From an uncultured Alphaproteobacteria bacterium (lineage in GTDB: Bacteria > Pseudomonadota > Alphaproteobacteria > Rhizobiales > Beijerinckiaceae), in contig CAWFVS010000038.1 of NCBI GenBank assembly GCA_963819255.1, positions 108,986 through 172,985 of the forward strand: a stretch of DNA of 64,000 bases, given 5' to 3'. Position 1 is the first letter of the stretch, and the number at the start of each line of letters is the position of its first letter. This document shows positions 19,557 through 30,013 of the stretch, piece after piece. The notes under the pieces were generated by a model. The model was not told the DNA's origin. It searched no databases and saw only the letters and a list, made by a program, of their open reading frames with translations. Position numbers and translations under genes: made by a program.

Positions 19557-20399
19557 TTTGAAGATTCCTCCCGAGTTCGAGGCGCCCATGGCCGCGGTTG
19601 CGCGTGACATTCTCATCGTTCTCTTGGATTTGGCGTTTCGCACTGCATTCGTCGGAACTCAGCGAAGCCGACCGGCTTCGCATTCGCCCCGATGCTTCTC
19701 GCCATTGTCCAGGAGTGGCCGAACCTCGCGGCTTGCGCTCAAGCCATGCATGACCGTGTGTTCTTGTCAACGTTGATGCTGGAAGCGCGTTGTGGCGCTT
19801 CGGAGACGCCCGTGAAATTCGACCTCCCGCTCGCCCCCGAAGCGAGCCTATCGGTCCTCGCGTCTCTTGGTGGTAGCAAAGTCGCGACACGCCTCCCACG
19901 CAGCTGCCGTCGGGACGGTCGAAGCTTGTTCTTGCCATGCGATCGAGAGAGAAGCGCCGGCGGCTCGGTTTTTCCGTTCGCATACGGCGATGGGAGCCGC
20001 ACGGTTTCGCCGAGATTGGCGAGGCAAATCGAAACAGAAAGGACTCCAGGATGCACAAAGGGCACGAGCCCTTGTGACCTTCGTGCGATCTTCGCGCCCT
20101 TTGTGTTGATGAATATAACAATAGCGCCACGCGTTCGCCGTTTCGTCCTCTGGGCTCCACGCGTCGATGCAAACCTTGGGGAAGTCGGCAGATCAGAGAG
20201 GCCAAAGGCGAGGCGACACAGGGCTTCGTGACCTCGCGCCACGTCAAGGACCCGCCCTTGTCTCAAGGATCGCCGAGATCGCCGCTCTGCTTTATCCGCT
20301 CGAACCGGCCCTTACAGGCTCGCTCAGTCGCTTGAGCCCCCCTCGGTGCGGGCTTCGTCGGCGCCTCGTTTGCTTGCGGTGCTTGCGAAGGCTCGATTG

Positions 20400-20890
20400 G
20401 CCTGCGCTCCGCAGGCCTTAAGTGTTTTGCTGCATGATCTCCGGAGCTTCCGCCTGCGAAGGAGATTGTACTGGAAACGCCATGCGGCAAGTTGAACTCG
20501 TACCCAAATTCTTTGTGCGCCCCTCAGATAAGTCAAAGTCGATGCGTCTGCAAACGCGAAAGTCGTTGCCCTCCCATTCGTATGGAGGACCGAACCGGTA
20601 ATTTCCTGAACGGGCTTCCGATCCGCCACAATCTTGAAATCAACAGGTTCACGCTTCGAAGCATCCGCCGCATGCGTCGTGAGCATAAGGGCGGGGATGC
20701 CTTGCAGGCAGCGTATGCCCAAAATGCCCATGCCATCTTCGGATGGCGTCATCGCGACGAAGACTGACCTCGATGGTTCGATAGGGTCCGGTTCATTTTT
20801 CAGTATGAACCACGCAGCGTGCGCTTCGCCTGAAAAAATCAGCGCCAGAGACAATGCCGCCACGCTGAGGTTACCGGCTCGGATGCGCAT
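20400..20890 (-). CDS. Hypothetical exported protein (3' end uncertain, likely frameshifted)
   Basis: Signal peptide MRIRAGNLSVAALSLALIFSGEAHA followed by a plausible beta-rich sequence. Confidence 0.45.
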
Positions 20891-21273
20891 TCTCCTGTTC
20901 GATGTGCTACCGCCCCATACAGCGACGCTTCGGTGGTCATTAGGTTCCGGGCTTTCCAGATCCAGGGCGGTGTTGGGTGAGATCGATGAAACGATCCGCC
21001 AAACGAAACAGACCATCGAAAGGTCACCAGAACTGCTGCGTCGGTTGGATCGGGTCATTGATAGTGAAGCCCGGCGAAACGGCTGCGAGGGGGCCACCGC
21101 TGTCGCTCGGACCCCTGAGATCATCGTCATAGTCCCCCGTGACTGGACGCAGTTCAGGAGCGTGGTGATGGGGCTTTCCCGTAGCGCCGCCCGTTAGGCA
21201 AAGCCGCAGGCGAGCTTACCGCAAGCCCTTGTTCTTGCTTGCCTCATTGGTCTTGTTAGGCTTCTCCCGATGC

Positions 21274-21327
21274 TGGTGCGGACGGCGGGAATCGAACCGC
21301 ATGCCTTGCGGCGAAGGATTTTAAGTC
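21274..21327 (-). tRNA. Partial tRNA-Leu(UAA), 3' half only (att-site-like remnant)
   Basis: The minus strand reads gacTTAAAatcc-variable arm-ggttcgattccc-gtccgcACCA. The D-arm and 5' acceptor strand are absent. Confidence 0.8.
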
Positions 21328-21454
21328 GGCTTTTATCCCTTATCCTGTTTCTATCCGGCAGCGCGAGGTTGTTCGCTAGCGGTTGAGATAGATCGACATT
21401 CCTTCCAGCGCAGGCGACCTTGCATAGCCGGAAAAGCGATGGGAGATAAGCCGC

Positions 21455-21688
21455 AGAATTCTGTTGAGAGCGAAGGCGGTGGCCAAGGATCGCGGCGCAA
21501 GGAAAATCGAAACGATGTCCGCGGCGGGGGATCCGGCGGAAATGCTGATCGAGATTGGCAGGAATAGACACGCAGACGCCATTGTGGTCGGCCGGCGCGG
21601 CCTCGGGAGGCTCGAAGGCCTTCTTCTTGGCAGCGTTTCGCAAAAGCTATCGTACCTGTCGCCTTGCGCCGTGATCATCACACCCTGA
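21455..21688 (+). pseudogene. Universal stress protein, N-terminally truncated
   Basis: GDPAEMLI...DAIVVGRRG...LLLGSVSQKL...PCAVII. Confidence 0.8.
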
Positions 21689-21700
21689 TGGCGAACGCCG

Positions 21701-22366
21701 ATGTTCCCCCTGGCCGACGCCTCCCGCCGCCAACGCACGCTGCCGGTCGTCACCGTAGCGATCGTCGCGCTCAATGCGTTCGCGTTCATGCTCGAGCTGG
21801 CGGGGGGCGAGGACTTCGTGCTGCGGTGGGCTCTCGTCGCGAACAACATTACGGCCGGCCGCGACTGGATCACCTTTCTCACCTCCATGTTCCTGCACGG
21901 GAGCTGGTCCCACATCATCGGGAACATGATTTTCCTCTGGGCCTTCGGTCCGGAAATCGAAGACGCCATGGGGCCGGCGCGCTATGCCGTCTTCTATTTG
22001 GTGGGCGGCGTCGCGGCGATGGCGGCGCAGATCGCCGGGGACCCGCATTCCACGATCCCGGCGCTGGGCGGGAGCGGCGCCATCGCGGCCGTCATGGGGG
22101 CTTTTCTCGTCACCTATCCGCGCGACCAGATCCGCACGATAATCTTCTTCGGCATTTTCTTTCGCGTCACCTTCATACCTGCTGCGCTGCTGATCGGTCT
22201 GTGGTTTGTGCTCCAGCTTGTGAATTTGGGAGAGGTCGGAGACGTGGAGATGCAGACAGGGACAATGGTGGCGTATCTGGCGCATATAGGAGGCGGCGTA
22301 TTCGGCGCGCTGACCGCCCGCTTGTTCGAGGACAAGGAGAGGATCTCCGACGATCGGGACTTCTAA
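21701..22366 (+). CDS. Rhomboid family intramembrane serine protease
   Basis: SMFLHGSWSHIIGNM, GGSG and AYLAHIGG motifs. Confidence 0.93.
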   Translation: MFPLADASRRQRTLPVVTVAIVALNAFAFMLELAGGEDFVLRWALVANNITAGRDWITFLTSMFLHGSWSHIIGNMIFLWAFGPEIEDAMGPARYAVFYLVGGVAAMAAQIAGDPHSTIPALGGSGAIAAVMGAFLVTYPRDQIRTIIFFGIFFRVTFIPAALLIGLWFVLQLVNLGEVGDVEMQTGTMVAYLAHIGGGVFGALTARLFEDKERISDDRDF

Positions 22367-22464
22367 AATCGGGAGCCCGGGCCGCGCGAATTTGAGCGGC
22401 GTCAATGCGCATTGCGTTCCAGACTTTATCCTTCCCAGAGTACGGCCAAGAAATGGAGGATCTC

Positions 22465-23026
22465 ATGGCCAACGCTGAGACTAAGACGCCGGGACCTGAG
22501 ACAAAGGTCCCTGTCAAGACCTGAACCCAGATCGCGGGCGCCGTCCTCGGCCATGCAGCCGTGGCGGCCGTTCGACAATCTGCGTCGGGAAGTCGACCGC
22601 GTGTTCGAAGACTTCATCATGGATCCGATGCGGCTTCCGTTCCGGAGGCCGGTCTTCGACATCGAGCCGTTCTGGCAGCCGGCGTCCTGGATCACCGCCC
22701 CCGCGATCGACCTCATCGAGCGTGAGGAGGCGTTCGAGCTGACCGCCGACATGCCTGGGCTCGAGGCCAAGGACGTCGAGGTCAAGGTCGCCAACGGCGT
22801 CCTAACCGTGAAGGGCGAGAAGCAGCTGGAGAAAGAGGAGAAGAGGGAGGACCTCCACTTGAGGGAGCGGCGCTTCAACTCCTTTGAGCGCTCGATCCGG
22901 GTTCCTGACGGCGCCGACACCGAAAAGATCGAGGCGAGCTTCAAGAACGGCGTCCTCAAGGTCATGATGCCGAAGACCGCCGAGGCGCTGAAGTCCATCA
23001 AGAAAGTCGAGGTGAAGGGCGGCTGA
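22465..23026 (+). CDS. Hsp20/alpha-crystallin small heat-shock protein (frameshift ~22520)
   Basis: ADMPG, LTVKGEK, ERRF.SFERS and FKNGVL motifs; GGAGG RBS before 22465. Confidence 0.9.
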
Positions 23027-23323
23027 AGAGCAGTCCGCGGCCGCCCGAAAGGGCGGTCGCGTCGAGGAGCGTAGCAGGCGCGACAAGTTGCGAGACCGCA
23101 GGACCTGCATGCTTGGCGAAAAGCCATGTCGCGCAGTAGCCAGCAACGGCGCGCGGACGCGGCGCCCGCATTCGAGCAGGCGCCGCACGAGCGGTTTCGG
23201 AATATCAATTTCACAGTACGCCGGCAGTGTGGCCGAGCGCGGCGGCGCTGGACCATTTCTTGCGCAAACGCCCATGCAGCCGAACGTCTGGAGTTTTCGC
23301 TGACGCCGTTCGAGGATGCGAGG

Positions 23324-24151
23324 ATGCGCTTTACCGTCCGCCACGAGACGATCTACCGCTACTCGGCGCCGGTCAGGCTGTCGCCCCACCTGCTGCGGCT
23401 CAACCCTTGCGCCGAGGGCGCGACCATCCTCGAGCGCAGCCTGACCGTCGATCCGAAACCGATCGCGTTTCGGGAGGAAGCCGACCGCTTCGGCAACAGG
23501 GTTACGCATCTCAACTTTGAAGGCTTTTCCGACCGGCTGCGCATCGAGAGCCGGTTCGACCTCGATACCGTCGCGCCTGAGCCTTTCACCGGTTTCGGCG
23601 CGCCGCCGCTGCCCTGGGCGAGAGGCCCCGACGATCCGATGGCAGAGTATCGCTTAGGCGAGGCTCATGCACCCGCGGTTCGGGAGTTTGCGTCGGCCCT
23701 CGCTTCCGAGAGCCAGTGGCAGGTTCTGCTCTTCCTCGACCGCCTCAACCGGACGCTTTTCGCCCGGATGAGACACGAAATCCGGGCCGAGGGCGCCGCC
23801 TGGTCGCCGGAAAAGACGCTTGTCGCCGGCGGGGGCGCGTGTCGGGACGTGACGGGGCTGTTCATGGCGGCCTGCCGCAGCCTTGGGATCGCGGCTCGGT
23901 TCGTGAGCGGCTATCAGGCCGAGGCCGACACGCCCGACGGGCGGCGCCACCTGCACGCTTGGCCGGAGGCGTTCCTGCCGGGCGTCGGCTGGCGCGGCTT
24001 CGATCCGACGCACGGCCTTGCCGTGACCGACGGCCATGTCGCGCTCTGCGCCGCCCCGGACCAGGCGGCGACCATGCCGATCGAAGGCGGCTTCTACGGC
24101 GACGGCGTCGGCTCGACGCTCGACTGTGACGTCCAGATCGCGACCGGCTGA
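23324..24151 (+). CDS. Transglutaminase-like family protein
   Basis: HETIYRY, GACRD, ARFVSGY, LHAW.E and GWRGFDPT motifs. Confidence 0.92.
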   Translation: MRFTVRHETIYRYSAPVRLSPHLLRLNPCAEGATILERSLTVDPKPIAFREEADRFGNRVTHLNFEGFSDRLRIESRFDLDTVAPEPFTGFGAPPLPWARGPDDPMAEYRLGEAHAPAVREFASALASESQWQVLLFLDRLNRTLFARMRHEIRAEGAAWSPEKTLVAGGGACRDVTGLFMAACRSLGIAARFVSGYQAEADTPDGRRHLHAWPEAFLPGVGWRGFDPTHGLAVTDGHVALCAAPDQAATMPIEGGFYGDGVGSTLDCDVQIATG

Positions 24152-24367
24152 GCGGCCGTCAGATTGGCTCTGCGCCTACAGCGAGACCCCCAATCTGCGC
24201 GAGCGGCGGAGATAGATTCACAATCATGCGCCAGATATTTCCGCATGGCCAGGCCGCGATCGAGCGACGCCTTGCTTTATTGAGAAATTGAGAGGCCATC
24301 TTTTCCGCGGCGATTGGGCAGCCGGCACGAATTGGCATATTGTTTCCTTCGCAATATGTCATGACGT

Positions 24368-24633
24368 ATGGCCGAGCGAACCGCTGTCCGCCTCCCTGAA
24401 GACCTCGTCCGGCGCGCCAAGCGCAAGGCTGCGGAAGAGGGGCTCGCTGACGGCTCTGATTGAGGACGGGTTGCGCCGGGGTTCTCAGTGAGCGTCCGGC
24501 GAGCGCGAAAGCAGGTCGGGTCTCGCTGCCGGTCAGTTCGGCGAGCGGAGGCCTCATGCCGGGCATCGACCTCAACGACACGGCAGCCCTTCAGGAGATG
24601 GAGATCTCGAACTCGGCCGGGCGGTTGAGGTGA
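24368..24633 (+). CDS. vapB: VapB-type RHH antitoxin (frameshifted)
   Basis: MAERTAVRLPEDLVRRAKRKAAEEG-SLTALIEDGLR...GGLMPGIDL across frames; overlaps the vapC start. Confidence 0.7.
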
Positions 24634-25058
24634 TCCTGCCTGACGTCAACGTGCTGATCACCGCGTTTCGAAAGGATTCGCCGCATCACGACGTCTGCAC
24701 GCCCTGGCTCGAGAAGCTCGCCGGCGCCGACGCGCAGTTCGCGATATCCCCGCTCGCACTGAGCGCCGTGGCGCGAATCGTCGCCAATCCGCGCGTTTTC
24801 AGAGAACCAAGCTCGATCGGGGAAGCGTTCGTCTTTTGCGACGCTCTCATGAGCCGTGCCAATTGCGAGCTCGTTCGGCCCGGCCTGCGACACTGGTCGA
24901 TTTTCACCCGAATTTGTCTCGAGGCGAGCGTGCCGGGGCCGCGCGTCTCCGACGCCTGGTTCACCGCGCTCGCCATTGAGAGCGCTTGCACCTGGATCAC
25001 CTACGACCGCGACTACGCCCGCTTCTCCGGATTGGAGTGGCGAGAGCCGGTCGGATGA
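24630..25058 (+). CDS. vapC: VapC PIN-domain toxin
   Basis: ILPDVNVL, DAW..ALAIE and TYDRDYARF PIN motifs. Confidence 0.92.
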   Translation: MILPDVNVLITAFRKDSPHHDVCTPWLEKLAGADAQFAISPLALSAVARIVANPRVFREPSSIGEAFVFCDALMSRANCELVRPGLRHWSIFTRICLEASVPGPRVSDAWFTALAIESACTWITYDRDYARFSGLEWREPVG

Positions 25059-25200
25059 GCCTCTTCCGATTCTTCCCCAGGGCGAGCCTCCAAACAAGCT
25101 AATCCGTTGATTTGTCTTAGGCTGTTCGATTTTTTCTGTTCTTCCGGACGCCTGCGCGCGCAAAGCGCAGCAAGGCGGCGCGGTGAGGCGCGAGTTGTCC

Positions 25201-26938
25201 CTCACATGGGGTGTTTCCGGTCAAGCTCCTTCTTTTGGGTCGGCCGCTGGCGTGTCACCCGCGAAGCGGGGCGAAGCGCAGCGGAGCAGGGAGCGAAGCG
25301 ACCTTGACGCGCCAGCGGCCGGATACACTGTCACGAGCGAGCGCGCCCTTGCGCGCTCCCGGCGGCCTTTGCGGTCCTTGCCGCGCTCATTCATTTTGAC
25401 ATTTGCGCATCTCCTTTTGCCGATCGGATCCGAAGCGTGAGCCCGGTCTTGCGCATGCAGCCCTGCCGGCCGCATCACCTCACATCCGGTCGAGCTTAGT
25501 CGGCTCGCACCATAATCCCTCATGCTCGAGGGCGTCGGGCTCGGGTTGGCGGGACCATCCTTTTTCACGGCGTGTTTCAGCCAGGGGGGTCGATCCGCGG
25601 TCGCCGCCCGCCCGGATCCGGCGAAGCCGTCGCGTTCAGCTTCGCTGGAATGGGGTCAAGCCGTTAGGCTGTCGGTTAGAGTGTCGGAGTGGGATCGAGC
25701 CATCGGTCAGGCCGACTTGAACACCGCGCCCTCGGGAACGACGCCTTGGGTGACAAAGCGCCACAAGGCGACGAGCAGTTTGCGGGCCAGCGCCACGATG
25801 GCGATCCGGCGGACCCGTCCCTTCGCCGCGCCGACCCGCGCCCGAAACCAGCGGCTCAATGCCGAATCCGGCTGGTGGCGCAGCCAGAACCAGGCCAGCT
25901 CGATCATGGTCTTGCGCAGGCGGCGGCTGCCCGACTTCGAGATGCCCTGATCCCGTTCGACGCCGCCGCTCTGCCAGGGGCTGGGCGCCAAGCCGCCGTA
26001 GGCCGCCACCTGGCGTCGGTTGGCGAAGCTGCGGAACAGCAATTCCAGCCAAAGGAGCGAGGCGAACTCGGGGCCCAGGCCCTTGAGCTTGAGGAGCATG
26101 CCGGCGGGGTTGTTCGGCTCCTCGGCGTCCGTGCAGATGAGCGCGTCGCGCGCCCGTTCGACTGCCGCCAGTTGCGTCGTCACCACCGCGATCCGCTCGA
26201 GCTCCCGGCGGATTTCCGCCTTCAGCATCGACGGCAGCTCGCGACCGTCGCCGGTTCGCAGCCCCTCGAGCCGCTCAAAGCGATCGCGGCGAAGCGGATT
26301 GTAATCCCGGATCCCTTGGCCGTTGAGCAGGCCTTTGATCCGATTGGTGTGCTGAATGCGTTCCTTGAGCAGCGTGCCGCGCTCGCGCGTCAGGCGACGG
26401 CGATCCTCGTCTTCCGCGCTCGGCGCGCGAACCATGGAGCAGACCCGCCGTTCGCCGCGCGCCCAGGCCATCAGCGTCCGCAGCAGCGTCTCGCCGTCGA
26501 TCGAATCGGTCTTGGCCCGCCGATGCCGCCGGGGCGCCGCGATCGAAGCCGCATCGACCACGTGGCTCTCGATCCCGTTGGCGATCAGCAAGCGGTGAAT
26601 CCAAAACCCCTCCAATCCCGCCTCCTGAATGACGACCGCTTTGACCCGCACGCCAAAACGCTGCTCGGCCTTCGCGCTCGACCGCGAAAGAAGCTCGATC
26701 AGGCCGGCGCCGTCTCCGCCCTCGATGACATGCCTGGAAAACTTCTCGCTGCCCCGACTGTTGATCGTCACGACCCATTTCGATGTGCTCAATTCGAGCG
26801 AGGCGAACAGCGTGATATCATTCGCGCGGGCGGCGGTCGCGACAACGGTTGTCGAGGTGACGGTATGCATTGTTGCCTCCATGCTGGTGTGGAAGCTCAG
26901 CCTAGCAAGTCCGGCCGCCGTCCACCCGCATAGGATCT
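25201..26938 (-). mobile_element. IS110 family element, IS1111-like (long 3' non-coding end)
   Basis: Plus-strand CT core at 25201-2 and 26937-8. Removal restores the hairpin tccctg-ttag-caggga. About 500 nt of non-coding sequence follows the tnp, with TTGAC near the end. Confidence 0.75.
25707..26882 (-). CDS. IS110 family transposase (intact)
   Basis: SLELS, QEAG, AKTDSID and GLAPSPWQSG...QGISKSG; IVALARKL. Confidence 0.95.
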   Translation of the reverse strand: MEATMHTVTSTTVVATAARANDITLFASLELSTSKWVVTINSRGSEKFSRHVIEGGDGAGLIELLSRSSAKAEQRFGVRVKAVVIQEAGLEGFWIHRLLIANGIESHVVDAASIAAPRRHRRAKTDSIDGETLLRTLMAWARGERRVCSMVRAPSAEDEDRRRLTRERGTLLKERIQHTNRIKGLLNGQGIRDYNPLRRDRFERLEGLRTGDGRELPSMLKAEIRRELERIAVVTTQLAAVERARDALICTDAEEPNNPAGMLLKLKGLGPEFASLLWLELLFRSFANRRQVAAYGGLAPSPWQSGGVERDQGISKSGSRRLRKTMIELAWFWLRHQPDSALSRWFRARVGAAKGRVRRIAIVALARKLLVALWRFVTQGVVPEGAVFKSA

Positions 26939-27029
26939 GTTAGCAGGGAGCAGGCCCGCGCTCGAAGCTCTGGCTTGCCCGAGTGGGTCACGACACTAGA
27001 ATAGCCGTCTCGCGACGGAGCTTGGGCCC

Positions 27030-28835
27030 ATGGCCGATCTCGAACCGATCCCCTATCCCGACGCCAAAATCCGCTCGATCCTCGAGCGGGTGAGGACGAT
27101 CGCCCTGGTCGGCGCCTCGCCGAACTGGAACCGGCCCGAGCTACTTCGTGATGAAGTATCTGCAGGGCAAGGGCTATCGCGTGATCCCCGTCAATCCGGG
27201 CATCGCCGGCAAAACGCTGCTCGGCGAGAAGGTCTACGCGTCGCTCCGCGACATTCCGGACGCGGTCGACATGGTCGACATGTTCCGCGCCGCCGAGGAC
27301 GCGCCGGACGTCGTCGACGAGGCGATCGCGATCGGCGCCAAGGTCGTGTGGATGCAGCTCGGCATCCGCAACGATGCGGCGGCGGCGGCCGCCGAGGCCG
27401 CCGGGGTCGAAGTCGTCATGAACCGCTGCCCGAAGATCGAGTTCGGGCGGCTCGGCGGCGAATTGTCGTGGAGCGGGGTCAACAGCGGGCATCATCCGCA
27501 ACCGGCCGCCGGATCCGCCACTGCCGCGCCGGATCAAGCCGCGGCCGGCGCCGCCGCGCAACCTTTCCTACGGCTTCGAGACCCGCGCGATCCATGCCGG
27601 CGCCGCGCCCGACCCGGCGACCGGCGCGCGCTCGACGCCGATCTACCAGACGACGGCCTATGTGTTCGACGACGTCGACCACGCCGCCTCGCTCTTCAAT
27701 CTGCACAATTTCGGCTACATCTATTCGCGCCTGACCAACCCGACCGTCTCGGTGCTGGAAGAGCGGCTGGCGGCGCTCGAGGGCGGCCGGGCGGCGGTCG
27801 CCGCCGCGTCGGGGCACGCCGCCCAGTTCCTGGGCTTCTTCACGCTGATGGGGCCGGGCGACGAGTTCGTCGCCTCGCGCAACCTGTACGGCGGCTCGCT
27901 CACCCAATTCGGGCTGTCGTTCAAGAAACTCGGCTGGACCTGCCATTTCGTCGATCCGGCCGATCCGGAGAATTTCCGCGAGGCGCTGACGGAGAAGTGC
28001 AAGGCGATCTTCGTCGAGAATCTCGCCAACCCCGGCGGCGTCGTCGTCGACATCGAGCGGGTCGCGAAGATCGCGCACGAGGCGGGCGTGCCGCTCATCG
28101 TCGACAACACGCTGGCGACCCCGTATCTGTGCCGGCCGATCGAGCACGGCGCCGACCTCGTCGTCCATTCGACGACGAAGTTTCTGTCGGGCCATGGAAA
28201 CGCGCTCGGCGGCGCGATCGTCGAATTCGGGAAGGTTCGACTGGTCGCAGGGCGGGCGCTTTCCCTCGCTGACCGATCCGGAACCGGCCTATCACGGGCT
28301 GAAATTCTTCGAGAATTTCGGCGATTTCGCCTTCACCACCAAGGCGCGGGCGGTGGCGCTGCGGGATTTCGGTCCGGCGCTCTCGCCGATGAACGCGTTC
28401 CTGACGATCACCGGCATCGAGACCCTGCATGTGCGGATGGAGCGGCATGTCGATAATGCGCGCCAAGTCGCCGAATTCCTCGACCTGCACCCAAGCGTCG
28501 CGTGGGTGTCCTACGCCAGCCTCGAGAAAAGCCCCTATTACGGCCTCGCGCAAAAATATCTGCCGAAAGGGGCGGGCGCCGTGTTCACCTTCGGCGTCAA
28601 GGGCGGCTACGAGGCCGGCGTCAGGCTGGTCGAGAACGTGCGGCTCTTCTCGCATCTCGCCAACATCGGCGACACGCGCAGCCTGATCCTGCACCCGGCC
28701 TCGACGACGCATCGCCAGCTCACCGACGAGCAACGGGCGGCGGCCGGCGCCGGAGACGACGTCATTCGCCTGTCGATCGGGCTGGAGACGGCCGAAGACC
28801 TGATCCGCGACCTCGATCAGGCGCTCGCCGCATAG
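27030..28835 (+). CDS. metY: CoA-binding (YccU-like) domain fused to O-acetylhomoserine sulfhydrylase (3 frameshifts)
   Basis: IALVGAS, IPVNP and VWMQLG CoA-binding motifs, then [29 protein letters not shown] and HLANIGD. Confidence 0.85.
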
Positions 28836-29069
28836 GCGTCTCCCGCGACTGAGGCGCCTGACGCGCGAGCGGCTTCATCTTCGCGAAACCATTCGGCTTT
28901 GCCGGGCCTTAACTGTCCTCGCAGGCTTCCGCTTCCGCTGCGTCGGAATCGGCTGCCGAAACAATTTTATTCATCTGTCGGAAAATTTTGGCGCGCAGCT
29001 TCCGCCAACAAAACGGCCGACCGATCAGCGCCGGCGGATCAGGCGTCAAGTAACAAACAGGCATAATAA

Positions 29070-29507
29070 ATGTGTTTCGCGATCGACCGGAGCCGCACGA
29101 TCATCAGCGCGATGATCCTCGGCCGCAGAGTGACCGCACAGGACGTCGCCTGGCTCAGGCGGGAAGTCTTCGCCGACGGCGAGGTGTCGCGCGAAGCCGC
29201 AAAGGAACTCTTCACCGTGGCCAGGGCGCGGATGAACAACGCGCCGGAATGGACGGAATTGTTCGTCGAGCTGATCACCGATCACGTGGTCTGGCAGACG
29301 CGCCCGACTGGCGTCGTCACCGACGAGCAGGCCCACTGGCTTCTACAAGAGGCCGATGAATGCAAAACCGTCGAGGCGCTGGCGGCGATGGTCAACGTGC
29401 TGGCCGAGGCGCAACGGGCGCCGCAATGGTTCGTCGCCGACGTTCGGGTGCGAGCGACCGGCGGATGGCCGGGCGTCCCGGAAGCGCTATGGGCCGCGGT
29501 AGGCTAA
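29070..29507 (+). CDS. Conserved-type hypothetical protein
   Basis: Host-like codon usage; DVAWLRREVFADG...EWTELFVE helical pattern. Confidence 0.65.
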   Translation: MCFAIDRSRTIISAMILGRRVTAQDVAWLRREVFADGEVSREAAKELFTVARARMNNAPEWTELFVELITDHVVWQTRPTGVVTDEQAHWLLQEADECKTVEALAAMVNVLAEAQRAPQWFVADVRVRATGGWPGVPEALWAAVG

Positions 29508-29613
29508 GTCCGGTTGCAACTCGCAAAAGAACCGACCGCGCCGCCGTTTACAGCTTCGCACAGGCCGGAAAAATCGCTAGAGTGCAGGCGCATCGTCAGC
29601 GGGGAGAGTCGTA

Positions 29614-29882
29614 ATGAAGCGAGCCGTCGTGACGTTGGGCTCGGGGGTGCTCGCGTTGGCGCTCGTCGGAGACCCGGTTGGCGCGCTAGCCGACGGCGCC
29701 CGGTCGTATTCCCGGCCTGGGCCGCCTGGGGAGGGCCAGGCGCGGGCTACGTCGGGCCGACCATCTCCCTCGGTCCCTCCTGGCTGGCGCGGTGGCTCGG
29801 GCACGGGCCGGTCGGCTGCTATTTCACCCGCGTGCGCGCCAACGACCGATGGCTGCGCGCACAGATCTGCGACTGGTACTGA
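29614..29882 (+). CDS. Small secreted hypothetical protein (frameshift ~29720)
   Basis: Signal peptide MKRAVV...ALA in one frame and C-terminus GCYFTR...ICDWY* in another. Confidence 0.45.
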
Positions 29883-30013
29883 TTTCGGGCGCTGGGCGGC
29901 GGCGAGGCGAGCGATCGATTTGCCAGGGCCGACCGGCGCTTGTTTACGCGCCGGCCTGCATCCAATAGAACGCCCCCAGCCGGAGAGCACGCGCCTTTTC
30001 TCCTGGGGGGTGG

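Noticed and set aside
21274-21327. Functional tRNA-Leu
   Set aside because: The 5' half is missing and the T-stem is imperfect.
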